From NCBI GenBank assembly GCA_045105515.1, contig JBGCDR010000074.1:409-64408 (forward strand): a stretch of DNA of 64,000 nt, given 5' to 3'. The position numbers were made by a program, and so were the translations under genes. Shown in pieces: positions 9,681 to 18,472 of the stretch (its first letter is position 1; every line of letters starts with the position of its first letter). The notes under the pieces are model-generated. The model saw only the letters and a program-made list of their open reading frames with translations, made no database searches and was not told where the DNA came from. The DNA is from Oligoflexales bacterium (GTDB lineage: Bacteria; Bdellovibrionota_B; Oligoflexia; Oligoflexales; Bog-1112).

Positions 9681-9706
9681 CTAAACTCAAATTAACTTGA
9701 ATTTAG
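9681..9706. terminator. AT-rich hairpin between convergent genes (possible bidirectional terminator)
   Basis: CTAAACTCAA-attaac-TTGAATTTAG forms a 10-bp stem with one mismatch, in the 44-bp gap between the convergent 8775..9674 and 9719..10609 genes. Flanking U-tracts are weak. Confidence 0.3.
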
Positions 9707-9718
9707 GCAAATCAATCT

Positions 9719-10609
9719 CTAGCCTTTCTTTAATCGTTTTCCCTTCTCATGCATCGGTGAGCCTTCAGGAATAGAGATGGCCTGAGAAGAACTCAGCTCC
9801 TTTAGATGAAATTTGGAGTTGGCTTTTTTGCGGGTGTACTGTTCCGCATCTACCCGACGCTTTTGGCAAAACCTTTCAACTGAGCCTTTTTGACTCATAC
9901 CTTCTATATAGTAAATTTGCCCCAAATAAGTTACATATGTACCAACAACTCCAGAACAAGCCTCATCTAATGGAATAATATCTACATTATCAGGCCTAAG
10001 AAGTTCTCTAAATTCTTCATCAATAACCGAAGGCATTGGTTCTCCATCTGCCAAAGCCAAAAATTCTTCCAATTCCAAGGACTTCAGAGGCATCTTAGCA
10101 TTCTTAAGCTTTCCTCTATGACTTTCATAACTAGACCAGTCAGGAAAGGGTCTCTTTTTACAGCCTTCCACCCAATAAACATCTACAAATGAAAAGGTTA
10201 TATACTGTCCCTCATTCCGTTTACAAAGAGTCTTAGCATCTCTATTTACTTCTTTATAATTGCCACCTGCTGGTAAGCTAGCAACCACTTTTGCCTCTAC
10301 TTCCCTCAATCGAATTCTGTTAGCCTTGGTGAGGTTATAGACCTGCTCAGAATTTAACTCAAATCGTTTACAGCCTTTCACATGGTAAACTCTGCCATAG
10401 TAAACAATATAGCTATTCCTATATTTCTCGCAGACAGCTTTTTTTTGGACTGCTGTTGGTTCCGGACTGGGTTCATCTTCAAAATCTGATAAGGATCGTT
10501 GACCATTCTCCTTGTTTTCCGATAAGGCTCTTTCACCATCATTATCTTGTGCATATAGTAAATGCATCTGCAGGCTGAGAATTAGCCATATGTAGAAATA
10601 AACCTTCAA
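9719..10609 (-). CDS. Secreted protein with three copies of a Cys/Tyr-rich repeat, function unknown
   Basis: TTG start with GGAGG 11 nt upstream and N-terminal signal peptide MKVYFYIWLILSLQMHLLYA-QD. The three internal repeats begin CEKYRNSYIVYYGRVYHVKGCKR, CKRNEGQYITFSFVDVYWVEGCKK and CSGVVGTYVTYLGQIYYIEG. Confidence 0.6.
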   Translation of the reverse strand: MKVYFYIWLILSLQMHLLYAQDNDGERALSENKENGQRSLSDFEDEPSPEPTAVQKKAVCEKYRNSYIVYYGRVYHVKGCKRFELNSEQVYNLTKANRIRLREVEAKVVASLPAGGNYKEVNRDAKTLCKRNEGQYITFSFVDVYWVEGCKKRPFPDWSSYESHRGKLKNAKMPLKSLELEEFLALADGEPMPSVIDEEFRELLRPDNVDIIPLDEACSGVVGTYVTYLGQIYYIEGMSQKGSVERFCQKRRVDAEQYTRKKANSKFHLKELSSSQAISIPEGSPMHEKGKRLKKG

Positions 10610-10798
10610 GAATTTGAATTCCTCCGTATAGACCTGTATCTGCTGTTTCGGCTCTGCTCAGCAGAGCATTAGCGGCGCCAGGTAAAAAAAGATACCACAT
10701 CGTATCCATTTCTTGCTAATTGCTTTTGCTAACAAGGGCCAGCAGGTATATACAAGTTTGCTTTATGTTTCATGAGCCCCGGATGAAAGTCGATCAAA

Positions 10799-12595
10799 AT
10801 GCATCAAAATCTACATTCATTTATCGAAAAACTTGATAAAACCAATAATCTTTGCAGGGTTGATGCTCAAGTTGACCCTTACCTTGAATTGGCAGAGATA
10901 CATCGAAGAGTCATTGCTGCTGATGGCCCAGCTCTATTGTTTTCGAATGTAAAAGGTAAGAAATTTCCAGTCATAACGAACCTGTTTGGAACTAAGGAAA
11001 GAGTAGGTTTTGCATTTGGCGATGACCCGGTAAAATTCATTCAATCAGTCGCCTCTTTGCCCGAAGAGCTTTTACCCCCGACTCTTTCAAAAATATGGGA
11101 AAAACGTAGTTTTTTTTTTAAGGCAAGTAAAATCGGCTTCAAATCTAGCTTTCGAGCTCCGGTTCTGAAGCACAGTATTCCAGAAGCAGACCTTAACCAG
11201 CTGCCAGCTATTACCAGTTGGCCCGAAGATGGCGGTCCTTTTATCACGCTGCCACTTGTTCATACAAAGGGACCAGGTCCAAAGCCGGATAATCTTGGCA
11301 TGTACCGAATCCAAATTTTTGAAGCAGGCGAAACGGGCATGCACTTCCAAATTGGCAAGGGAGGCGGTTTTCACTATTTTGAGGCAGAAAAAGCTGGCCA
11401 GCATTTGCCAGCCAACATTTATCTAGGAGGGCCGCCAGCTCTCATGCTATCCGCAATTGCCCCACTTCCTGAAAACGTGCCAGAGCTTCTTCTCAGCTCG
11501 CTACTACTCGGAAAAAAAATGAAAAGATCACGGGTACCTGGGCACCCCCTAGATCCTATATCAGAAGCAGAGTTTGCAATTCTAGGTGAAATCCCCCCCC
11601 AAGTCAGGCGACCTGAGGGACCATTTGGAGATCATTATGGCTACTATTCCTTGCAGCATGAATATCCTGTTTTTAGACCAAAACATATTTTCCATCGTAA
11701 AGGAGCAATTTTTCCAGCTACTGTGGTCGGAAAACCAAGGCAAGAGGATTTTTATTTAGGAGACTTTCTTCAAGAGCTCCTAGCTCCTCTATTTCCACTA
11801 GTAATGCCTGCCGTGAAAGACCTATGGAGCTATGGTGAAACTGGATATCATGCTCTTTCCGCCGCATGTTTAAGTGAGCGTTATAACAGAGAATCTATGA
11901 GTTCTGTATTCCGAATACTCGGGGAGGGTCAATTATCCTTAACCAAATTCCTAATAGGTTTGGATAAAAAGATCGACCTTAAGGATTTCAAAGGAGTCCT
12001 AAGCCATGTACTTTCTCGAGCAGATTGGCGTAAAGACCTATTTGTTTTCTCAGAATTATCGATGGATTCCCTCGACTATACCGGCCCCGTAGTTAATAAG
12101 GGCAGTAAAGGAGTGATCTTAGGCATGGGAGAGCCGATTCGAAAACTCCCAAAAAACTTCACCCGCTCGGTAGAAAACAGTTTAGTTAAGAACATCAGGG
12201 TTTATGCTCCCGGGTGTCTAGTGATTGAAGTACCTGCTTACAAGCAGAATAGAGAAGCTGTACAAGACCTTGCAAAGCTGTCGCAGTTTGCCGACTGGCC
12301 CTTAATCATAGCGGTAGATGATGTTGACAAAGCATGCAGGTCCGATAGCAGCTTTCTTTGGACTACCTTTACCCGGTTTGAGCCAGCTGCAGATATCTAT
12401 GCCTATGATTATGAGATACGAAGGCACCATATATCCTATAAGGGTCCTATTGTGATCGACGCACGCATGAAGCCTTGGTACCCCAAAGAACTATTTTGTG
12501 ACTCACAAACACGTCAACTAGTTGATGAACGATGGAAGCAATATTTTCCGGACAAAAAGATCAATATGGGCTCAAGCGATTGGGCTCACTTGTAA
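10799..12595 (+). CDS. UbiD-family (prenylated-FMN dependent) decarboxylase, long form
   Basis: Collinear UbiD blocks are present: PALLFSNVKGKKFPVITNLFGT, ITSWPEDGGPFITLPLV, NLGMYRIQ and PEGPFGDHYGYYS. At 598 aa it is about 100 aa longer than E. coli UbiD as I recall it. Confidence 0.8.
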   Translation: MHQNLHSFIEKLDKTNNLCRVDAQVDPYLELAEIHRRVIAADGPALLFSNVKGKKFPVITNLFGTKERVGFAFGDDPVKFIQSVASLPEELLPPTLSKIWEKRSFFFKASKIGFKSSFRAPVLKHSIPEADLNQLPAITSWPEDGGPFITLPLVHTKGPGPKPDNLGMYRIQIFEAGETGMHFQIGKGGGFHYFEAEKAGQHLPANIYLGGPPALMLSAIAPLPENVPELLLSSLLLGKKMKRSRVPGHPLDPISEAEFAILGEIPPQVRRPEGPFGDHYGYYSLQHEYPVFRPKHIFHRKGAIFPATVVGKPRQEDFYLGDFLQELLAPLFPLVMPAVKDLWSYGETGYHALSAACLSERYNRESMSSVFRILGEGQLSLTKFLIGLDKKIDLKDFKGVLSHVLSRADWRKDLFVFSELSMDSLDYTGPVVNKGSKGVILGMGEPIRKLPKNFTRSVENSLVKNIRVYAPGCLVIEVPAYKQNREAVQDLAKLSQFADWPLIIAVDDVDKACRSDSSFLWTTFTRFEPAADIYAYDYEIRRHHISYKGPIVIDARMKPWYPKELFCDSQTRQLVDERWKQYFPDKKINMGSSDWAHL

Positions 12596-12687
12596 ATGTA
12601 TTTTTTTAGGCCTTCACATATTTGAAAGATTTATTTTAAATAGTAGTGTACTAAACAATCAATTCTTACATATTTACAAGGGGACTC

Positions 12688-13707
12688 ATGAAAGTTTGGC
12701 TTAGCAAGATCCAAGGACCGCTCCTTACTCTATTTAAAATTTCGATAGCTGGACTCCTCATTTGGTGGCTCATCTCCGATGATAAGCTAGATTTTTCCGC
12801 TCTGGGAAAATTATGGCAAAATCCAAGTATCCTGTTTGCAACCATAGTGTTTTGGGGTTTTGGTGCTGTTATCCTTTGCGCTTTCCGGTGGCGAGCCCTT
12901 GTACTGGGAATGAATTTCTCTCTATCTGTATTCCAATCAATCCGTCTGAATTTGATCGGTTTGTTTTTCAATACCATCATGCCAGGAGTTGTAGGTGGAG
13001 ATGTGATCAAAGCCATCTATGTCTGCAAAGGCCAAGCAAAGGGAACTAAGGTGCCTGTTTTACTAACTATACTATTGGACCGGGTTATGGGTTTAGTTGC
13101 ATTATTTGCTCTATCAATGGGTGCGATTATACTCAACTGGGATGTGGTAATGGCAAATTCCATGCTGCAACCTTTTGTTATGCTAATTTTTGGTATAATG
13201 GCTAGCTTATTGTTATTTGCAACATTTGTAGCTTTGCCCACTGAATTTAAAGAAAAAGTACCCCCAGTAAGTTGGATCTACCGCATAATTATGAAGGTCA
13301 TATTTATAAAAAATATCTACCTCGCATTACGCAGTTATAAAGATAAACCTGGATATATTCTGCAGGCTCTTGCCTTTGCACTCCTTCACCAAGTCATCTA
13401 CATGTTTTTATTTATTTTAGTCACAAGCAGCTTTACCACTAGCCCTATTCAAATTGGGCTTCTAGCGACTATCCTGCCACTTGGAATTGTAACAACTGCC
13501 TTGCCTCTCGCACCAGGTGGGCTGGGAGTTGGGCATGTAGCTTTTGAAAAATTATTTGCAATGATTGGCTTGTCCGATGGTGCAAATGTATTCAATATTA
13601 TTTTCTTTAGTGTAATTTTTTTGAATCTACTAGGCTCAATACCCTACTTATTCATTCGCAGTGAACTTTCACCACTTCTTGAAACTGCAGAGGAAAATGG
13701 ATTCTAA
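12688..13707 (+). CDS. Polytopic membrane protein, UPF0104 / lysyl-phosphatidylglycerol-synthase TM-region (flippase-like) family
   Basis: About 8 predicted TM helices. The N-terminal pattern LLIWWLISDDKLDFSAL...FRWRALV...NTIMPGVVGGDVIKAIYV is typical of the family. AAGGGGA SD precedes the ATG. Confidence 0.65.
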   Translation: MKVWLSKIQGPLLTLFKISIAGLLIWWLISDDKLDFSALGKLWQNPSILFATIVFWGFGAVILCAFRWRALVLGMNFSLSVFQSIRLNLIGLFFNTIMPGVVGGDVIKAIYVCKGQAKGTKVPVLLTILLDRVMGLVALFALSMGAIILNWDVVMANSMLQPFVMLIFGIMASLLLFATFVALPTEFKEKVPPVSWIYRIIMKVIFIKNIYLALRSYKDKPGYILQALAFALLHQVIYMFLFILVTSSFTTSPIQIGLLATILPLGIVTTALPLAPGGLGVGHVAFEKLFAMIGLSDGANVFNIIFFSVIFLNLLGSIPYLFIRSELSPLLETAEENGF

Positions 13708-13743
13708 TAAATGCAAGAATAACTACTCAAGTAATATATTTTC

Positions 13744-15309
13744 TCAGGTACTGGCTTTTCCAAGCTCTAAATTTCTAGCCTGCTCAACCTTGATACCGGC
13801 ACTTTCTTGTTCTGCTTCCTGCTCACTTACAAGCTTTTCATATCGACGTCCAAGAGCTCTTGCACAGTAGATCCACCCTCCACATATCACTATAAAAATT
13901 GCTCCAACATAAGGAGCCATAGCAATTGCAGAAGGTACAAATAACATTAAAAATTGCTGGATAAGGGATCCACCTGACTTACCTAGACGAGCAGCAACCA
14001 CATCAATAGCTGCCTTCCCTTTGGTCTTAGACTCCTCATCCAAAGGGATATATGACATCTCTTTTGTTGGATCAAACAAGGAATACTTTGCTGATTTACT
14101 CATAATATTTTGTGCTGCACCAAAAATCACAGCCATCATTAAAGGCGAAGTTCCCATCGTAGCTAAATATCCAATGAAAAAGTCCTTAAAGACTATAAAA
14201 TTTAGAAAAAACACCCCGGTAATTAAAAGCACAACCGGAGTGACACATGCTGCAATCGACCAACCAAACCGTCTAATTACATTATGACTTACAAACAAAA
14301 ACATGAATAATGTAACAACTCCGGTCATAGTCGAAAAGTGCCCCATAAAATTGGTATATTCTGCAGGGTTTGGGTATGCCGCTTTAACTTGGCTCTTCCA
14401 AATTACTTCTATTAAATTGATTGAAACACCATATGCCATAACAATAAACGCTATACAACCTAAATATTTAGAACGCGAAAGATATTTAAGACTATCCTTG
14501 ATACTCATCTTAGTCTTATTTTTTTTCTTCTTAATCAAAGTTGGATCATAAAATTGGGGGTCAGAAAGAATAGATCTTTGCATGTAATAATAGGTGCCAA
14601 TTATACATAAACCCGCTATAAAAACCAAAAGCATTAACACTTGTAGAGACTGTGAATAAGGCCGACCTCCTGCTCCAGGTGCAGCCCATATAATGGCTCG
14701 CCCTGAGAAAATTAAAGCTATGTTTGCACCAATCCCTAACAAGCCATAGAACCTTTTAGCTTCACTTATTTTATTGATATCATTGGCAAAACCCCAAAAC
14801 ATCATAGACAGCACCATGCTTCCCCACATTTCAGCCAAAATATAGAAAAGTCCAAATGTCCAATTACGATATATCGCAACAATACCTTTTGCTGCTGCTG
14901 AACTTGGAAGTAGAGATTTTAAGAACTCAGCAGATTCAACTGGGTGTAAAATGTCTCTCAGTGGATATAAAACAAAGCCAAAAAGGGCAAAAAAACCAAT
15001 AAAAGGGCAAATCATTGAATAGAAGAGTTTTTCCTTACTAAGTGAATTACTAAGCTTAGAAAATATTAGCATCAAAATAATAGCAGAAGGAACAACACAC
15101 CAAACTTTTAGAAAAGGAATCGCCTCTGCTCCAGAGCCAGGAGCTGTAACAATCAGGGAGTCTTTGGTATCTCTTAAAATCGTATAATTGAATGAGATGC
15201 AAAAAAACATAAAAAACATTGGAATGATTTTTTTTAGTTCATAAGAGTGGATAGGCCATAAAAGCGACCTAATTTTGCTAAATTCTTCAACATCAGATCT
15301 CGCTGACAT
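13744..15309 (-). CDS. tlc: ATP/ADP translocase (nucleotide transporter, Tlc/Npt1 family)
   Basis: The block IRSLLWPIHSYELKKIIPMFFMFFCISFNYTILRDTKDSLIVTAPGSGAEAIPFLKVW plus MFWGFANDINKISEAKRFYGLLGIGANIAL closely matches the chlamydial Npt1 / rickettsial Tlc signature as I recall it. It is a polytopic membrane protein. The internal ATG at 15309 has AAGGAG 6 nt upstream (the ORF track starts at 15357). Confidence 0.9.
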   Translation of the reverse strand: MSARSDVEEFSKIRSLLWPIHSYELKKIIPMFFMFFCISFNYTILRDTKDSLIVTAPGSGAEAIPFLKVWCVVPSAIILMLIFSKLSNSLSKEKLFYSMICPFIGFFALFGFVLYPLRDILHPVESAEFLKSLLPSSAAAKGIVAIYRNWTFGLFYILAEMWGSMVLSMMFWGFANDINKISEAKRFYGLLGIGANIALIFSGRAIIWAAPGAGGRPYSQSLQVLMLLVFIAGLCIIGTYYYMQRSILSDPQFYDPTLIKKKKNKTKMSIKDSLKYLSRSKYLGCIAFIVMAYGVSINLIEVIWKSQVKAAYPNPAEYTNFMGHFSTMTGVVTLFMFLFVSHNVIRRFGWSIAACVTPVVLLITGVFFLNFIVFKDFFIGYLATMGTSPLMMAVIFGAAQNIMSKSAKYSLFDPTKEMSYIPLDEESKTKGKAAIDVVAARLGKSGGSLIQQFLMLFVPSAIAMAPYVGAIFIVICGGWIYCARALGRRYEKLVSEQEAEQESAGIKVEQARNLELGKAST

Positions 15310-15595
15310 AAAAAACTCCTTTACGTAAGCTAATGCTTTAAATCTAAAAATACCCACTAAGAGCGGATCAATTTCCTTGTAATATTTTGGAATAGTGCAT
15401 TCTCAAAAGCATTTAAACTAATTTGTGTTTTAAAAAAAGGGGTTCTAAAAAATTGATAGCCAGTTGCATTGTTTTGCATTATAAATTCCACTTATTAGGG
15501 TTTGGAAATCCGTACCCAATATGGTGGGGCAAACATAGCAGTAGAATTAAATCAGCGCAATGAAATAAAGCGGAAGAAGAATTTTCAATATTATT

Positions 15596-16213
15596 TTACG
15601 GTAAACTATTCAATTGATCATAGATTTCTGTCAAAGGTAATCCCATGACATTTGTATATGAGCCTGAAATTTTTTGTACAAAGTAAGCCGCCTTTCCCTG
15701 AATTCCATAGGAACCGGCTTTATCCATGGGTTCTCCAGTTGCGACGTATGATTGTATTTCTTCTTGCGAAAGTCCCTTGAAAGTAACTTCTGTTACTACC
15801 ACATCACTTATTAAGAAAAAATCTCCTTGAGCTTGTTTCTGGTAAGAAAAAGCAAAACCCGTCAATACTTGATGAGTTCTTCCCGACAACTGACTCAACA
15901 TAGCAATAGCTTCACTAGCAGATTTAGGCTTTTGCAAAATTTCATCTTCCAAAACTACAACCGTATCTGCCCCTAGAACTACAAGTCTTTTTTCTGATGG
16001 ATCTTCAGATGAGCTCGAACAGATTTCACTAGCAACCCACTTCGATTTTCCTTCTCCATTTCTTCGGACGTAATCATTGGCTTTTTCATTTTCTTCTAGT
16101 CTCTCTTCGAAGCCAGGACTCTTCAAAGTAAAACTCAAATTTAAACTTCCAAGTAACTCCCTACGCCTAGGTGATGTGCTAGCTAAAAAAAATTTATACG
16201 CATTCAAGTCCAT
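15596..16213 (-). CDS. maf: Maf-family nucleoside triphosphate pyrophosphatase
   Basis: Motifs LASTSPRRRELL, GADTVVVLEDEILQKPKS, SGRTHQVLTG and AGSYGIQG are present. Confidence 0.85.
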   Translation of the reverse strand: MDLNAYKFFLASTSPRRRELLGSLNLSFTLKSPGFEERLEENEKANDYVRRNGEGKSKWVASEICSSSSEDPSEKRLVVLGADTVVVLEDEILQKPKSASEAIAMLSQLSGRTHQVLTGFAFSYQKQAQGDFFLISDVVVTEVTFKGLSQEEIQSYVATGEPMDKAGSYGIQGKAAYFVQKISGSYTNVMGLPLTEIYDQLNSLP

Positions 16214-16512
16214 CTTTTACCTACCTATGTCCATAATGAGATTTTTTTTATTTATTCAGAAAGATTAAAAAGAGCTAAAAATAATTCAAAAAAACAGATT
16301 TTCGGTTGATGAGATATCTTCCGGAAGAAGACACACCCCATACAAATATTTATGATATAAATTTATACGCCATAAATAAACCTCTCTTCCTGAAAGTAGG
16401 GTATTACATAAAAACCATATTTTTGTCGAGGATTATCAATACAGTTTTTTCGCAGAATTTCCTTGATTGAAAGAAATCTCACTAAGAAATATTGAGGAGT
16501 AGGATGCTTATC

Positions 16513-17133
16513 CTAACATGGATCCACCCTCGCGCTAGCATCTAAACGAAGTGATAAGCCATCTAAATGAATTACAATACCCTCAGTGAGAGTCTTCCTT
16601 GATGCAGCAACAGATGCTCGGGCAAACAAAACACTTCTAAAATCCCTGCCATTACAACGCTTAGGGTTACGAACACGGGTAACATCTCTTAATTCTGCTA
16701 AGGGAATATTGCGAGATTCTCGAGGATTCTTGCCGTGGTCCTTGTTGCGAGAATATTTCATACCTATAAAGCGATATTGTAAGTTGACATGGGCTTCTGT
16801 CCCCTCAGATCGCACTAACCCATAAAGAAGAGAGGAGCTTAGATTTGAAATATAAAAACCTCTTTTTATTAAAGCTGGAACTTTAATACGGCATGACTTC
16901 CTTCGCTTCAGTTTTCCCTCTTGATGCCCATCTAGTTCAACACCTAAGCTTGAGAACAATATAGAAACCTCATTACCAGCACTAATAAAGAAGGTGTCAT
17001 CCATGTTACAACCCGAGCCGAGAGCCGTAGCCTTGTTATTAAAATTCCACTCAATCGCATTTGCAAACAAAAACCCAAATGGATTCAAAGCCGCAAAAAG
17101 CGCTGCCACAACTAAGATTATTTTCATAGCCAC
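16513..17133 (-). CDS. Secreted protein, DUF4360-like (tentative)
   Basis: Signal peptide MAMKIILVVAALFAALNPFGFLFANA. The 206-aa length, the early GSGC motif, and paired Cys with a C-terminal Cys resemble the approximately 200-220 aa DUF4360 family from memory. This is not verifiable here. Confidence 0.45.
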   Translation of the reverse strand: MAMKIILVVAALFAALNPFGFLFANAIEWNFNNKATALGSGCNMDDTFFISAGNEVSILFSSLGVELDGHQEGKLKRRKSCRIKVPALIKRGFYISNLSSSLLYGLVRSEGTEAHVNLQYRFIGMKYSRNKDHGKNPRESRNIPLAELRDVTRVRNPKRCNGRDFRSVLFARASVAASRKTLTEGIVIHLDGLSLRLDASARVDPC

Positions 17134-17254
17134 TCCTGTTTTTTTTAATTTTACTCAAGATTAGTGATAAGAATCAATAAGCTCATTAGTATAGTATGTA
17201 AAGTACCAGGAGCGGAATTTTAGCGGATTGCTTAGCAAAATTGGAGAAGGACTC

Positions 17255-18292
17255 ATGACCTTTAAAAGTGACAACGCTTGGGGAGTTAGTGGAGAAATTT
17301 TGAATGCTATGGTTGCTGCAAACGAAGGAGTTGCCAGCTCCTACGGACAAGACGAGTATTCAAAGAAGCTACATGATATATTTGCGCAAGTATTCGATAC
17401 AAGGGTACGCTATTTTCTCACTACCACAGGTACCGCAGCCAATTCATTGGCAATCGCAAGCATATGCCCCTCATTTGGGATTGTTTATTGTCATCAGGAA
17501 TCTCACATTAACCATGACGAATGCTCTAGTCCTGAAATGATCAGTGGAGGAGCAAAAATATGCCCAATACCTGGAAATCATGGGAAAATTGACCCAGATA
17601 CCCTTGAGAATACCATCATTGGTCACCTAGAAATGAGGCCACATCAAGGCATGCCTGGCTGCATCAGCATCACCCAGGGCAATGAGTGTGGAACCGTTTA
17701 CAGTATTAACGAAATCCAGAAAATAAGGAAAATAGCTGTTAAATATCAACTTCCTATGCATATGGATGGAGCTCGTTTTGCAAACGCACTTGTAAAACTT
17801 AATTGTCGCCCTTCAGATATCACGAGCCAGCTTGGTATCGATGTTATTTCATTTGGAGGTACGAAAAACGGTGCATTAGCAGCTGAAGCAGTGGTCTTTC
17901 TTAACTCAGGTCTTGGAAAGAACGCCGACTTTCTTCACAAAAAAATGGGTCAGCTAATATCAAAAACTAGGTTTTTCTCTGCTCAATTTCTAGCCTATTT
18001 AAATGAAAATTTATGGATCAAAAATGGTGAACATGCCAACAAAATGGCAGAAAAATTAGCTGCCGTACTATGCTCTCACCCCAATATTTCTCTAAAACAT
18101 CCTTGCGAGATTAATGAAATTTTCGCTTACATTCCAAAACCGATAGCAAATCTACTCAGAGAAAAAGGTATGCAATTTTATTGTTGGTCACAGACAGAAG
18201 ATTGCTACCGTTTTGTTACTTCCTTCATGAATAAAGAATCAGAGATAGACCTTGTTGCTAAGATTCTTTCTAGTGACCAAGCAAAGCAGTGA
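17255..18292 (+). CDS. ltaE: Low-specificity L-threonine aldolase
   Basis: PLP-fold blocks TGTAANSLAI, MHMDGARFANA and the Lys motif SFGGTKNGALAAEAVVF are present. ATG 17255 is preceded by GGAGAAGG (the ORF-track TTG at 17228 is less likely). Confidence 0.8.
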   Translation: MTFKSDNAWGVSGEILNAMVAANEGVASSYGQDEYSKKLHDIFAQVFDTRVRYFLTTTGTAANSLAIASICPSFGIVYCHQESHINHDECSSPEMISGGAKICPIPGNHGKIDPDTLENTIIGHLEMRPHQGMPGCISITQGNECGTVYSINEIQKIRKIAVKYQLPMHMDGARFANALVKLNCRPSDITSQLGIDVISFGGTKNGALAAEAVVFLNSGLGKNADFLHKKMGQLISKTRFFSAQFLAYLNENLWIKNGEHANKMAEKLAAVLCSHPNISLKHPCEINEIFAYIPKPIANLLREKGMQFYCWSQTEDCYRFVTSFMNKESEIDLVAKILSSDQAKQ

Positions 18293-18472
18293 TTTAGTTT
18301 TTTCCTTCAAATAAAATATTACTAAATCTTCAAAATAATTGATTGGGTAAGGTGTGTGAATGATAAGTACAATATTTAGATTGTAGTTATAGTATGCTTC
18401 AGTTATAAGCTAGCAATCGCCTTGGCCATACATAGGTATTTCAGCATCTCAAATTTCTTAGAAGAGACCAGC

